From: Promethearchaeota archaeon
Lineage (GTDB): Archaea > Asgardarchaeota > Lokiarchaeia > Sigyniarchaeales > SOKP01
NCBI GenBank assembly: GCA_048938855.1
Contig: JBHLLT010000004.1
Span: forward strand, 1-64,000
Direction of reading: 5' to 3'
DNA length: 64,000 nucleotides
Shown one piece after another: positions 9,136 to 19,700 of the stretch. A program made the position numbers and the translations under genes. Every line of letters starts with the position of its first letter. The stretch's first letter is position 1. The notes below the pieces were generated by a model, which saw nothing but the letters and a program-made list of their open reading frames with translations, was not told the DNA's origin and did not search any database.

Positions 9136-10329
9136 TTAATTCTCACTTAATTTTTTCTCAATTGCTTTGGTTAATAAAGGTAAAATTTCACATAAATCTC
9201 CAACAATGCCATAGTTAGCAATATTGAAAATTGGGGCATCAGGGTCTTTATTAATAGCGATGATTATATCACTGCTTTTCATACCTACCAAATGTTGAAT
9301 TGTACCTGATATTCCACAAGCTATATAAATCTTGGGAGAGACTGTGTTACCGCTCTGTCCGACTTGTTGTGATTTCGGAATCCAACCCTGGTCTACTGCT
9401 GCTCTACTTGCACCCACAGCGGCATTTAAAACATTGGCTAAATCCTCAATTAATTTGAAATTTTCCTTATTCCCAACACCTCTTCCACCAGAGACGATGG
9501 TATCTGCCTCACAAACCGGAATTCCACATGCGGCAGCTGTTCCAATGATTAATTCTTTGGTTTTTACTTTTAAATTTTTAAGATCTACTTTTATTGGGAC
9601 TTCAATAATTTCAGCATTATTTTCACCTAGAATAGTTGCCTTTTCCATGACATTTGGTCTAACTGTTGCCATTTGCGGACGAGTAGCTGGGCAAATAATA
9701 TCCGCCATAATGTTTCCACCGAATGCAGGTCGTGTTTGTAATAGTAATCCGTCTCGAATAGATAGACCAGTACAATCCGCAGTCAATCCTAATTCTAGTG
9801 TTGCAGCTACCCTAGGTGCTAAATCTCTTCCATTTATGGTTGCAGGATACAATACAATATTTGGGTTATATTTTGAAATTATCCCAATAATCACAGATGA
9901 ATAAGTTTCAGTATAATAATCTTTAAGTGCCTCATGTTCCGCAATATATATTTTTTTAGCACCGCGATTGGAAAACTCTTGAGCGAATTTTTTTACATTA
10001 TCTCCTAATAGTAGGACACACGCATCTTGGTTTATTTCATCAGCAAGTTCTTTTGCCTTCCCTAATAATTCATATGATACATTCCTAACGTTTCCATCTT
10101 TTATCTCAGCTACAATCCACACATCTTGATACTTTGACAAATCAATGTCTTTAATTTTTTTCCGTTGAATTGTTATTGCTCCCAAGTTACACTTATCAAC
10201 ACATGCACCACAGAGTGTACACTCATCTCCTATTTCTGCGATTTTGTCTACAACTATTATCGCTCCAAATGGGCATGCTTTTTCACAGAGTCCACATCCA
10301 GTACATTTTTCTTTATCTACATTTATCAA
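9136..10329 (-). CDS. etfA: Electron transfer flavoprotein alpha subunit with N-terminal 2x[4Fe-4S] ferredoxin domain
   Basis: Two CxxCxxCxxxC motifs, then GLTADCT, TRPAFGGN, QVGQSG, GISGTIQH, AINKDPDAPIF. Confidence 0.93.
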   Translation of the reverse strand: MINVDKEKCTGCGLCEKACPFGAIIVVDKIAEIGDECTLCGACVDKCNLGAITIQRKKIKDIDLSKYQDVWIVAEIKDGNVRNVSYELLGKAKELADEINQDACVLLLGDNVKKFAQEFSNRGAKKIYIAEHEALKDYYTETYSSVIIGIISKYNPNIVLYPATINGRDLAPRVAATLELGLTADCTGLSIRDGLLLQTRPAFGGNIMADIICPATRPQMATVRPNVMEKATILGENNAEIIEVPIKVDLKNLKVKTKELIIGTAAACGIPVCEADTIVSGGRGVGNKENFKLIEDLANVLNAAVGASRAAVDQGWIPKSQQVGQSGNTVSPKIYIACGISGTIQHLVGMKSSDIIIAINKDPDAPIFNIANYGIVGDLCEILPLLTKAIEKKLSEN

Positions 10330-10330
10330 T

Positions 10331-11119
10331 TTAAATCACCTTGTCCTTTGATAATAATTCAATTAATTTACGAACTGAAGCTTCAGCTGTTTCTTCTTGA
10401 ATAATAACTCCTTGCTGTCTTGCTGGCGGAGAGTAAACTTTAATAACTTCCGTTAATGAACCATTTAAGCCATAATCTTCTTTATTACCTCCAAGTTCCT
10501 CAGCATCCCATGTAGAAAAAGGTTTTTTGTTTGCTTTCATTATACTCATCATGGGAGGATTTGTGGGTTCGAAAGAAGATGGAGTTATTCCAGTTATCAG
10601 TACTGGGAGTCTAATTTCTACAATTTTATAACCATCATCTGTTTGCACTTTCGCAGTTAGTTTTTTTCCCTCTAATTTTTCAACATTTTCAACGTAAGTT
10701 ATCTGAGGTATTCCTAGCTGAGCAGCAATTTCAGGTCCCACCTGAGCAGTGTCTCCATCAATAGCTTGTAAACCACAGAAAATTATATTAAATTCACCAA
10801 TCTTTTTAATACACTGAGTAAGAGTATAAGACGTTGCCCATGTATCAGCCCCAGCAAAAGCTCTATCACTTAGTAAGATTGCTTTATCTGCACCTAATGC
10901 TAGACATTTGAGTAGTGCTTTTTTCGCTTGTGGTGGTCCCATAGATATTACAATAATCTCATCACCTTCTTGTCTGATTTTGATTGCTTCTTCAAGGGCA
11001 AACTGATCGAAGGGATTAAGGATACTGGGGACACCTTCTCTAATCAATGTATTAGTTTCAGGGTCAATTTTAACTTCAGTTGTATCAGGAACTTGTTTTA
11101 CACATACAATAAATCTCAT
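10331..11119 (-). CDS. etfB: Electron transfer flavoprotein beta subunit
   Basis: VCVKQVPDT, NPFDQFALEEA, SMGPP, AGADTWAT, DGDTAQVG. Confidence 0.95.
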   Translation of the reverse strand: MRFIVCVKQVPDTTEVKIDPETNTLIREGVPSILNPFDQFALEEAIKIRQEGDEIIVISMGPPQAKKALLKCLALGADKAILLSDRAFAGADTWATSYTLTQCIKKIGEFNIIFCGLQAIDGDTAQVGPEIAAQLGIPQITYVENVEKLEGKKLTAKVQTDDGYKIVEIRLPVLITGITPSSFEPTNPPMMSIMKANKKPFSTWDAEELGGNKEDYGLNGSLTEVIKVYSPPARQQGVIIQEETAEASVRKLIELLSKDKVI

Positions 11120-11208
11120 AGCATCATCAAAATTAAATTAAGATTCTAAATTCAATCTCAAACTTTTAAGAGTTAAATAAAGATATTAAAAATATAAAAA
11201 AAAGTTAA

Positions 11209-12393
11209 TTAATATTGTTTCTTACCTATTAGTTCTCTTGCTACAATCATCTTCATAACTTCAGAACTACCTTCTGCGAGGGCAAATGATCTAACAGCTC
11301 GCCATGCAGCTTGGTCAGGACATTCTCTTGAATAACCAAAAGCACCTTGCCATTGCATAACATCATTTATAGCATCACAAGCCCATGTAGAACAAAACAT
11401 TTTTCCCATAGCAACAATCTTGCTAGTTTCAAATCTAGTTGCTTTCCCTTCTTGTTCTAAGTCAATAGTTTTTAATGCTCTATAGCCCCAATCCCGGAGC
11501 ATATTTAATTTAGTGTAGTGTTCAGAGAGTTTAAAATTGATTCCTTGATATTGTGACAATGATTTACCAAAAGATTTTCTTTCCTTGATATAATTTATTC
11601 CATTTTCTAACGACTTTAAGCCCGCAGAGGCACAGATTACAGTGATTAATGCTCTTGCATATTCATATCCTTCATGCAAGATATAAAAACCCTTATTTTC
11701 TTCACCAAGAATATAATGTTTCGGAATTTTTACATTATCAATCGAAAACCCTCCACAAGAAATTCCCTCTCTTCCTAAATCATCTACGTATGTTGGAGTA
11801 ATTCCTTCAACTGTTAAAGGTAAATAGAATACAGTCATCCCCCGAGTGCCAAGTTCTGGAGTTTGATGAGCAATTGTAATATGACCACCACCATATTTGA
11901 CTGCCTCTCGCACTCCACTTATGTACATTTTTTCTCCATTAACTACGAATCCATCACCGTCTGGTTTTATTGTAGTCTTTGTGCCACCTACATCAGAACC
12001 TGCGTCGCTTTCAGTTGTAGCAATCCCTAAAAACCATTCTCCTGAGACAGTTTTTGGAAAGATTTCTTTTTTTGCTTCTTCAGTTCCGTATTTATTCAAA
12101 AGGAAACCCCATGATGCAGGAACCAAATAATAAACACAAGTTGAGCCAGTACAGTCTGCTCTGGCTAATTCCTCTGCGATAACACCGGCACTTACAGCAT
12201 CTAATCCAGGACCACCATATTTTTCGTCAGCGGTACAAGTCATTAATCCTAATTCTGCCATCCCTTTTACAACATCTCTAGGAATTTCCTTAGTTTGTTC
12301 CATTTGAAGCGCAATAGGAGCAATTTTATTTTGAGCAAATTCACGAACGGACTCTCGAATCATATCTTGTTCTTCTGTAAACTTAAAACTCAT
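11209..12393 (-). CDS. Acyl-CoA dehydrogenase
   Basis: TESDAGSD, VNGEKMYISG, RKSFGK, QWQGAFGYSRE, EGSSEVMK; co-oriented upstream of etfBA. Confidence 0.92.
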   Translation of the reverse strand: MSFKFTEEQDMIRESVREFAQNKIAPIALQMEQTKEIPRDVVKGMAELGLMTCTADEKYGGPGLDAVSAGVIAEELARADCTGSTCVYYLVPASWGFLLNKYGTEEAKKEIFPKTVSGEWFLGIATTESDAGSDVGGTKTTIKPDGDGFVVNGEKMYISGVREAVKYGGGHITIAHQTPELGTRGMTVFYLPLTVEGITPTYVDDLGREGISCGGFSIDNVKIPKHYILGEENKGFYILHEGYEYARALITVICASAGLKSLENGINYIKERKSFGKSLSQYQGINFKLSEHYTKLNMLRDWGYRALKTIDLEQEGKATRFETSKIVAMGKMFCSTWACDAINDVMQWQGAFGYSRECPDQAAWRAVRSFALAEGSSEVMKMIVARELIGKKQY

Positions 12394-12530
12394 GATTCTT
12401 ACCTCTTTGTTAAAAATTTAATTGTATACCTTTAAATTACGTAAAATTCTTAAGGTTTATTATTCAAATAAAACTCTAAGTCATTAGGGAAAAAAATGGG
12501 ATGCAACATTTAAAGGATAGTAGTTTTTTC

Positions 12531-12938
12531 TTACCTCTCAACTATCGTAAAACCTGTTTTTTTTAGAAGATTTGCTGCTTCCTCTACTACGGTCTCTTCG
12601 ACGCGTAATATAAGCATAGATTCATTTTTTACTAGGGTAGAGTAAAAATATTCAATATTAATATTATTCTCTCCTAATGTTCTAGGTATATCATATAAGG
12701 CATTAGGATGATCGTTCAATCTTACAGCAATAACTTCCGTAGTTGATACCATAAAATTATTTTCATCCAAAAGATCGATACATTTTTCGGGTTTATCAAC
12801 AAGGGTCAATATTAATCCATATTCACTTGTTTTTGCTACAGTTAAAGCGCGAATAAAGATCTTATTATCCATAAGTAATTTTATGAAATTTGCAAGTTCT
12901 CCCGGTCGATCTTCAAGATATACACTAAGCTGAATCAT
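12531..12938 (-). CDS. Tandem ACT-domain protein (type often linked to phenylacetate-CoA ligase)
   Basis: QLSVYLEDRPGEL, IRAL, VIAVRLNDHP, NINIEYFY. Confidence 0.85.
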   Translation of the reverse strand: MIQLSVYLEDRPGELANFIKLLMDNKIFIRALTVAKTSEYGLILTLVDKPEKCIDLLDENNFMVSTTEVIAVRLNDHPNALYDIPRTLGENNINIEYFYSTLVKNESMLILRVEETVVEEAANLLKKTGFTIVER

Positions 12939-13039
12939 TTTAATTCTTTTTTTTGAAATTAAATTAATGTTTTTAATATTCCCTTTTTTTTAAACTTAGT
13001 AAATAAATTATTAAGAATAATCAATCTAATGTTAATCTG

Positions 13040-13798
13040 ATGCTGAAGGATTTTTACGATAAACACAAGAATTTTTCTTTTAGAACCATATCAGAGTATT
13101 ATATATCACCGGGTATTAGGTGTAAGTTTGACATTTTGAAAGAGAATATAGGTAATAAAAGACATTTATTAAATGGAATCGATCTTGGCTCATCTGGTAA
13201 TTCTATTCTTACATTTTTAGATATGGTAAAACAGAAATCATTTATCGACATTGCAAACTTTCCATTAAAGCAATATAGAAAAATTAATAGTTACCATCCA
13301 ATATGTGCGGATCTCATTAACCTACCCTATAGAAGCGAATCTTTTGATTTTGTGAGTGCTCTGGATGTTTTGGAGCATATTAAAGATGATAAATTAGCAA
13401 TATCAGAAATAAGTCGGATCTTAAAGAAAAAGGGAATAGCCCTAATAACAGTTCCGCATCGAATGAGATATTACTCAACTCAGGATAAAATTATAGGACA
13501 TTTCAGAAGATATGAAATAAACACCATTATCTCCGATTTTAAAAAATTTAGTCTTAAAAATTTAAAGACTTTTTGCATATATGGTAGATTAATGGCGATA
13601 GCAGATATTCAATCAACAAATCCAAAAAAAATAGAACAGAATCTTATTAAATTAAGAAATAATTATGAGTCCAATTTAGTGTTTCAAAAGTTTTGGAATG
13701 TAATAGTTAAAATTTTCTCTAAATTCATGAAAATTGACGCTAAATTTTGTCCAAAATTTAAAATAAGAAATATCGGTTTACTTTTTGTAAAGGATTAA
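13040..13798 (+). CDS. Class I SAM-dependent methyltransferase (Methyltransf_11-like)
   Basis: DLGSSG, ADLINLPY, FDFVSALDVLEHI, ITVP, GHFRRY. Confidence 0.85.
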   Translation: MLKDFYDKHKNFSFRTISEYYISPGIRCKFDILKENIGNKRHLLNGIDLGSSGNSILTFLDMVKQKSFIDIANFPLKQYRKINSYHPICADLINLPYRSESFDFVSALDVLEHIKDDKLAISEISRILKKKGIALITVPHRMRYYSTQDKIIGHFRRYEINTIISDFKKFSLKNLKTFCIYGRLMAIADIQSTNPKKIEQNLIKLRNNYESNLVFQKFWNVIVKIFSKFMKIDAKFCPKFKIRNIGLLFVKD

Positions 13799-13814
13799 GA
13801 TTTTTCAAACTCAT

Positions 13815-14204
13815 TTATATACTCTCTTTTTTCAATTTATCAAAAAGTTTTTTGTATTCTTCGATGTATTTCTCATCGTTTGTTTCCTCGATCTTTTTAA
13901 GAAGATCTATTGATCTAGTTAACATTTCTGACTGTTTTTTGATTTTTTCATAAAAAGCTTTCTTTTTCTCTTGAGATTCCTCAAACTGTATTTTATTTTC
14001 AAATTCTTTGATGGATGATTCGATTTCTCTCTGAGATTCAATAACAGATGATGCTAATTGTTTTTTTCTTTGTTCTAATTTAATACAATTCTCACATATC
14101 TTTTCTCCCGATTTTGATTGATCATTTTTAACCATAAAAGGATTTCCACAACGATCACAAGGTACAAGTTTTAAAACAAATTTATCGTTGTTAGGTTCGG
14201 GCAT
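13815..14204 (-). CDS. Hypothetical protein: Zn ribbon plus coiled coil
   Basis: CDRC...CENC followed by an E/K/Q-rich helical region. Confidence 0.75.
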   Translation of the reverse strand: MPEPNNDKFVLKLVPCDRCGNPFMVKNDQSKSGEKICENCIKLEQRKKQLASSVIESQREIESSIKEFENKIQFEESQEKKKAFYEKIKKQSEMLTRSIDLLKKIEETNDEKYIEEYKKLFDKLKKESI

Positions 14205-14337
14205 ATCACGTAGGAAGTGCGTCTTATATTATAAATATTTTTCTATAATTATAATCTTGCATTAATAATAAATTATTAATCAATTTAATCCTCAATTTTT
14301 TAGAAAACTAATAATAGCTTAAGGTATTTCACACCAT

Positions 14338-15132
14338 ATGGATAGTGTCGCAATAATAATATTATTAATTGCGGGATTCGCTTTCGGATTTATAAGCTCT
14401 ATTGCTGGAATAGGAGGTGGTGTATTTTTTGTTAGCTTTATGGTTCTTTTGTTTTTAATTCCGATTAATATGGCGGTAGATACTTCTGCTTTTATAATAT
14501 TAATTTCTTCTGGAGCAGCATTTTTAACTTATTTTAAGGCTGAGAGATTACATATAAAACAAGTCATGATATTTTCATCATTTTCAATTTTGGGAAGCAT
14601 TACATGCACATTGATTTTCACTCCCTTTAATATAGATAGTACGATTTTAAAAATTTTGTTTGCGATCACCATATTGACAGCCGGATTGAATATGTTATAT
14701 AAAGCCATAAAATCTAGAAAACCAAATCCTGAGTTGGAGGAATATGAGAATAATTTTATATTACAAAACCATGATTATCAAAGCAATTTAAAGAAATCAA
14801 TACCGCTTTTTTTTCTCGCAGGGTTTTCTGCAAATTTATTAGGTATTGGTGGAGGCATTATTAATACTCCTGTTCTTCTCATGATACTTCAATATCCAAT
14901 TCATAATGCTACAGCAATTTCTATTGGGATTATCTTTTTTACAGCAATTTATAATTCTATTATTAAAAGTATTTTAGGGCAAATAGATTTTTTAATTGGC
15001 TTATTAATTGGAATAGGAGCTTTCTTAGGGGCTATATTAGGAGCACAAGTCTCTGGGAAAATGAATAAAAGCTACCTCCAATCTTTTGTTGCAATAATAT
15101 TAATGGCTTTGGCAATTAGGATGTTTTTTTAG
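14338..15132 (+). CDS. Sulfite exporter TauE/SafE family membrane protein
   Basis: Duplicated GIGGG motifs (AGIGGGVF, LGIGGGII) and about 8 TM segments. Confidence 0.9.
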   Translation: MDSVAIIILLIAGFAFGFISSIAGIGGGVFFVSFMVLLFLIPINMAVDTSAFIILISSGAAFLTYFKAERLHIKQVMIFSSFSILGSITCTLIFTPFNIDSTILKILFAITILTAGLNMLYKAIKSRKPNPELEEYENNFILQNHDYQSNLKKSIPLFFLAGFSANLLGIGGGIINTPVLLMILQYPIHNATAISIGIIFFTAIYNSIIKSILGQIDFLIGLLIGIGAFLGAILGAQVSGKMNKSYLQSFVAIILMALAIRMFF

Positions 15133-15218
15133 TAAGTGAGTATTAAAAAATTTTTATATTTTGAATCTTAATTTTAAATTGCATAATTTAAAATATTACT
15201 AAATTGAAGGGAAAATAA

Positions 15219-15449
15219 TTGGTACAAGTTAAAGACCTTGAAAAATTGATGGATGATTTTTTCATAGATCCAGAGGATAGATTTATCGACATTAAACGAT
15301 ATTTACTAACTGAATTCAAATGGAATGTGGATCCTTTAAAAAAATCTCAATTCATAATTAGAGGTATTCCAGTTGAAGATAATATAAAATTAAGGGATCT
15401 CTTGAATTCCTATTTACCTGATGAAGTAATAACTCTAAAAGAAATTTAA
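15219..15449 (+). CDS. Ubiquitin-like (beta-grasp) protein without C-terminal Gly-Gly
   Basis: 76 aa; manual alignment to ubiquitin: VKDL/VKTL, IDPEDRFIDIK/VEPSDTIENVK, FIIRGIPVEDNIKLRD/LIFAGKQLEDGRTLSD. TTG start after GAAGGG. Confidence 0.65.
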   Translation: MVQVKDLEKLMDDFFIDPEDRFIDIKRYLLTEFKWNVDPLKKSQFIIRGIPVEDNIKLRDLLNSYLPDEVITLKEI

Positions 15450-15515
15450 AAAACTTCATTTTTCATATTATATTACTGAAATATATTAATTTAATCTTCC
15501 GCAAAATAAGTTTAT

Positions 15516-16622
15516 ATGGTGAAGGGAATTTTAAAGCAAAATAAAAATGAATCAGATATTTTATTAAAAGAGCAAATAAAGAAATTTGGTATAAACAGTC
15601 TTTATGGATTTAATACCATTATATTAATTGGTATGGGAAGGCGTTTAGGGATTTTTAATTACTTATTTGATAAAGCTAAATTATCATCTAGTTCTGGCAA
15701 ATATAATGAAGTAATTTTCACTCAGAATGAATTATCTGAAAATCTAGATTTGGATTTTAAGTATTTAGATGGTTGGCTTCATTTAGCGCTTGAATGTGGT
15801 CTACTTGAAGTCGCAAATTCAAAAAAGGAAATTTTAAAAACAGGTCCTTATGTATACGATTTACTTATTGACAGAGATAATGATTTTTATATTGGAGGAA
15901 CACTCGGTGCTTTCTATTATATAGCTCCAGCTCAAAATATCTTAATAGAAAATTTTAAAACAGGTAAAGTATGGAGCATATTAGATTTAGAAGGAGATGT
16001 TATGAAAGACCTCCAAGAACGTGGCGCAAGGTTTGGAACTTTAGTAGAAAGACTGTTTTCTAAAAAGCATGAATCTTTTTGTAAAAATGTTCTAGAGAAG
16101 GGCACTATTCTTGAACTAGGATGTGGTTATGGATTTAATCTTAAAACCTGGGCAAAAAAGTATAAAAATGCTAGATTTATAGGAATTGATATTGATCCGA
16201 TAGCAATAGAACATGCAAAAGAATTAATAGACGAAAATAGTTGGAGCGAACGGATTAAGGTATTTAAGACAGAAATCATTGAATTTTCCAGTACTTTTAA
16301 TGAAAAATTTAATTTGATTATATTAAATCAGGTTCTCCATGAAATGAACATTGATAAGAATTACCGAATAGCTGTTTTTAACAACTTATATTCGCTATTG
16401 GATGATAAAGGAATTTTACTTGTTGGAGAAAGTATGATCCCTAATACTTTTACCCCAAAAAAGAGACTTCAACTTTTTGATATCACACATAAGTTTACAG
16501 AAGTAAAAACTTCGCTTTTTTATAATGAAAAAACCTTTAGAGAGTTTATCACCTCAACACCCTTTACAAAATCTGAATTCATCAAAGAGGGTGGGAGTAG
16601 TATATGGGTAATTAGAAAGTGA
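15516..16622 (+). CDS. SAM-dependent methyltransferase with N-terminal winged-helix/dimerisation domain
   Basis: GRRLGIF...ELSENL...YLDGWL N-terminal domain; ILELGCGYG, GIDID, NQVLHE. Confidence 0.85.
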   Translation: MVKGILKQNKNESDILLKEQIKKFGINSLYGFNTIILIGMGRRLGIFNYLFDKAKLSSSSGKYNEVIFTQNELSENLDLDFKYLDGWLHLALECGLLEVANSKKEILKTGPYVYDLLIDRDNDFYIGGTLGAFYYIAPAQNILIENFKTGKVWSILDLEGDVMKDLQERGARFGTLVERLFSKKHESFCKNVLEKGTILELGCGYGFNLKTWAKKYKNARFIGIDIDPIAIEHAKELIDENSWSERIKVFKTEIIEFSSTFNEKFNLIILNQVLHEMNIDKNYRIAVFNNLYSLLDDKGILLVGESMIPNTFTPKKRLQLFDITHKFTEVKTSLFYNEKTFREFITSTPFTKSEFIKEGGSSIWVIRK

Positions 16623-16793
16623 AACCTTAAGCCAGAAATCTTATCAATTTAACCTATATTTACTTTTTGTGCTCTTATAAATAAATTTATTAAGAATAAA
16701 ATGAAAAGTTTGATTAATAAACTAATAAATAAAATAAGGGCAAATAAAATAGATCCTATTTTAAGTGATTAAATTCACCTGTAGCGTTGTCAT

Positions 16794-19700
16794 ATGACAA
16801 AATTAACTCTAGAAGAAGATTTAGCGGAAGAAGCTTTATTGAAAGAAAATACTTATAATTGGAAAGAAGCGGCTAAATTGTATGCCCAAGTTGCAGATGC
16901 ATTTTTAGATGAAGAGTCATTTGAAAAAGCTGCTAAATATTACAAGAAGTTGGGATACGCTTATGCTAAGGCATCTCATACTGTGGATACACCAGAAGAT
17001 TTCAAAAATGTAAGCAACATGGCAAATAACGCTTATAAAAATGCTTTAAATTTATTTAACCAGATTGAAAAAACTCCAGAGAATTTAGAATGTGAAGCAG
17101 AAATATTTAAGATCAAAGGATTGTTTGCGAATTCTAAAGTGGAAGGAAAAGAGTACTATAAAAAATCCTATGAGTTATTTGTTAAATCTAGTGAGATTTA
17201 TAGAAATGTTGATAATCAAAAAAGTACGATAAGAATTTTAAGTAATGCTATAGAATCTATTTTTCACCTAATATTATGTTGTACTGAGCAAGAGGAAATC
17301 GAAAATTTTATTCAAAAAGGTGTAAAAATAAGTCAAGAAGCATGGGTCATTGCTAATAAAGTAAATAATTATGATCTACTTGCTGAATCTTTATCATTTT
17401 TAGGACACTTGAATTTTCTTTATGCTTTTGTTATGCCTATTAAAAGGGACGTTGATTTTAAGGAGCATTTGAATGATTGCCTATCAAGAGAAGATATTAT
17501 TGTAAAGCTTATTCAAGAAGGGAGCGCTCCAAACTTGATAGCAGTAGATAATTTCTTTGCAGGAAGCTCCTATGCTGGTTTTGCTATTCAATTTGTTGAG
17601 GATGCAATCAAACAAAAAGAATACGGAGATAAAGGCATTACGTTGATGGAAGTTGGATTAAAAAATATCAAAAAATTCAAAGATAAAAGATCAATTATTA
17701 CTGGTATATTTTTCTTAAACTATCTGGCAACTTCTTTAAGAAGATTTGATTATGTACAAAAGAGAATATGGCAAGATATGCATACTCTTTTAGAAATGGG
17801 AAAAATTTATGAAAACGCATTAATAGAACCATATTTCTTTAGAACTATTCTTCCTGCTTTTTATTATAATAATCTGGCTCAGAGAAGTTTTATTAAACCT
17901 GACCAACAAAAAAAGTATGCTGAGTTAGCTATTCAATACGCGAAAGAATCATTAGAAATATTTTCTTTCTTACCTATGTTAACTTGGTCATACCAAGCAC
18001 TAACATGGTCTTATTCAAAATTAGCATACCTTACAAATATACAGGATGAGCAAAACGAAAATATTGACAAAATGATTAATTATGCCAAAAAGGCAGAGAA
18101 TCTGTCTAAAAAATATAAAGGAGGTTTTACTGTTGCTGCAGGATACTCATCTTTATTTAAAGCGTATAAGACCCAAGCAGATTTATCCAAAAAACTACCA
18201 AAGAAAATTGAAATGCTCAAATTAGCAATTGAAGCTCATAAAAATTACCTTGGAAATGAAGTTGAATCTCCAACAGGAACAATTGCAGCGCAAATACGCC
18301 TAGGATTATTATACCAAGAACTCGGTATATTAACTCAGCAAATAAAGATATTCGAACGGGCTAGAGATGCATTTATTTTAGCTGAACAAGAAAGTAAAAA
18401 AAGAAAATTCTTTTATTATACTGCTACATCTTATGAGTATCTTGCCCATATTGAAGACCGAATAGGTAATTATTCCGATTCAGCAAACTATTATGAAAAA
18501 GCACGAGAAATTTATCAAAATTTACTCGATTCTGTAGAGTTTAAACCTCTTAGAAAAAACATAATCGAAAAATTTGATTATACTAATGCTTGGAATTTAA
18601 TAGAAAAAGCCAAATCATTTCATCGGAATCAAGAGCATCTTTTAGCAAAAGAAAGTTATCAAAGAGCAAGCGAAATACAAAAAAATATGCCTAAATTTAA
18701 TTTTGAGTCTTATTATTATAAAGCATGGGCATTATTAGAAGAAGCAGAACATTTTAGTAAACAAGAAAAGCAAATTGAGACAATTGATAAATATAAAGAA
18801 AGTCAAATAGCTTTTGAAAGAACTATAGATTTACTAGTAGAAAATTCAAAATCCATAACATCTAGAGATGTTAGAGACAGGATTGAGAAGCTTGAAAAAG
18901 TTGCTAAATTAAGAATAAATTATTGTTCAGCAAAGATAAATCTGGAGAAAGGAAGGATTTTGGGAAAACAGGGAGAACACCTTAAAGCTGCTGAACATTT
19001 TGGTAAAGCTGCATCTCAATTCAGGAATGTATGTACCCGATATAAAATAGAAAAAGAAAAAAAAGATCTAGAAGCAGTCTATTATTTATGCAGAGCATGG
19101 GAAAATATGGAGCTTGCTGAAAATTATTTAGAGCCAGAAAGATATGCAGAAGCTGCAGATCTTTTCTTAAAGGCAAGTCAAATCTTTCATGATAATAAAT
19201 TGAAATTGTTAGCATCTGGGAATTCTGCTTTCTGCCATGCTTTAAAGTTAGGATGTAAGTTCGACGAATCTTATGACTCGGAGGTAAAAGTAAAGTTGTA
19301 TCCTAAAATTAAAACAATGTTAAGAGGAGCTGCAACATCTTATGAAAAAGGAGGTTTTAAAAATGGATCCGATTGGGCTATAGCTACTTCTACCTATTTT
19401 GATGGTATATGGCATATAATTAAAGCCGATGAAGAAATGGAACTAAAGGAAAAAGAAAACCTCCTAAAATTAGGAAAAGAAATTCTGAGATCGACAGCAG
19501 ATCTTTTTAGTAGAGCAGGGTATGAAGAAAAACAAGATGAAGTATTGAATCGTATTGAATTGATTGAAAAAGAAGAGAAAATTTTATTTTCTGCCTTAAA
19601 TTCGATAAAGAAACCAGAGATCTCTGGAAGTACAACTGGTATTATTGCTCCCGCATGTCCCATAGAAATTAGTCAATCTCCTAGATTAAGTGAAGTCCGT

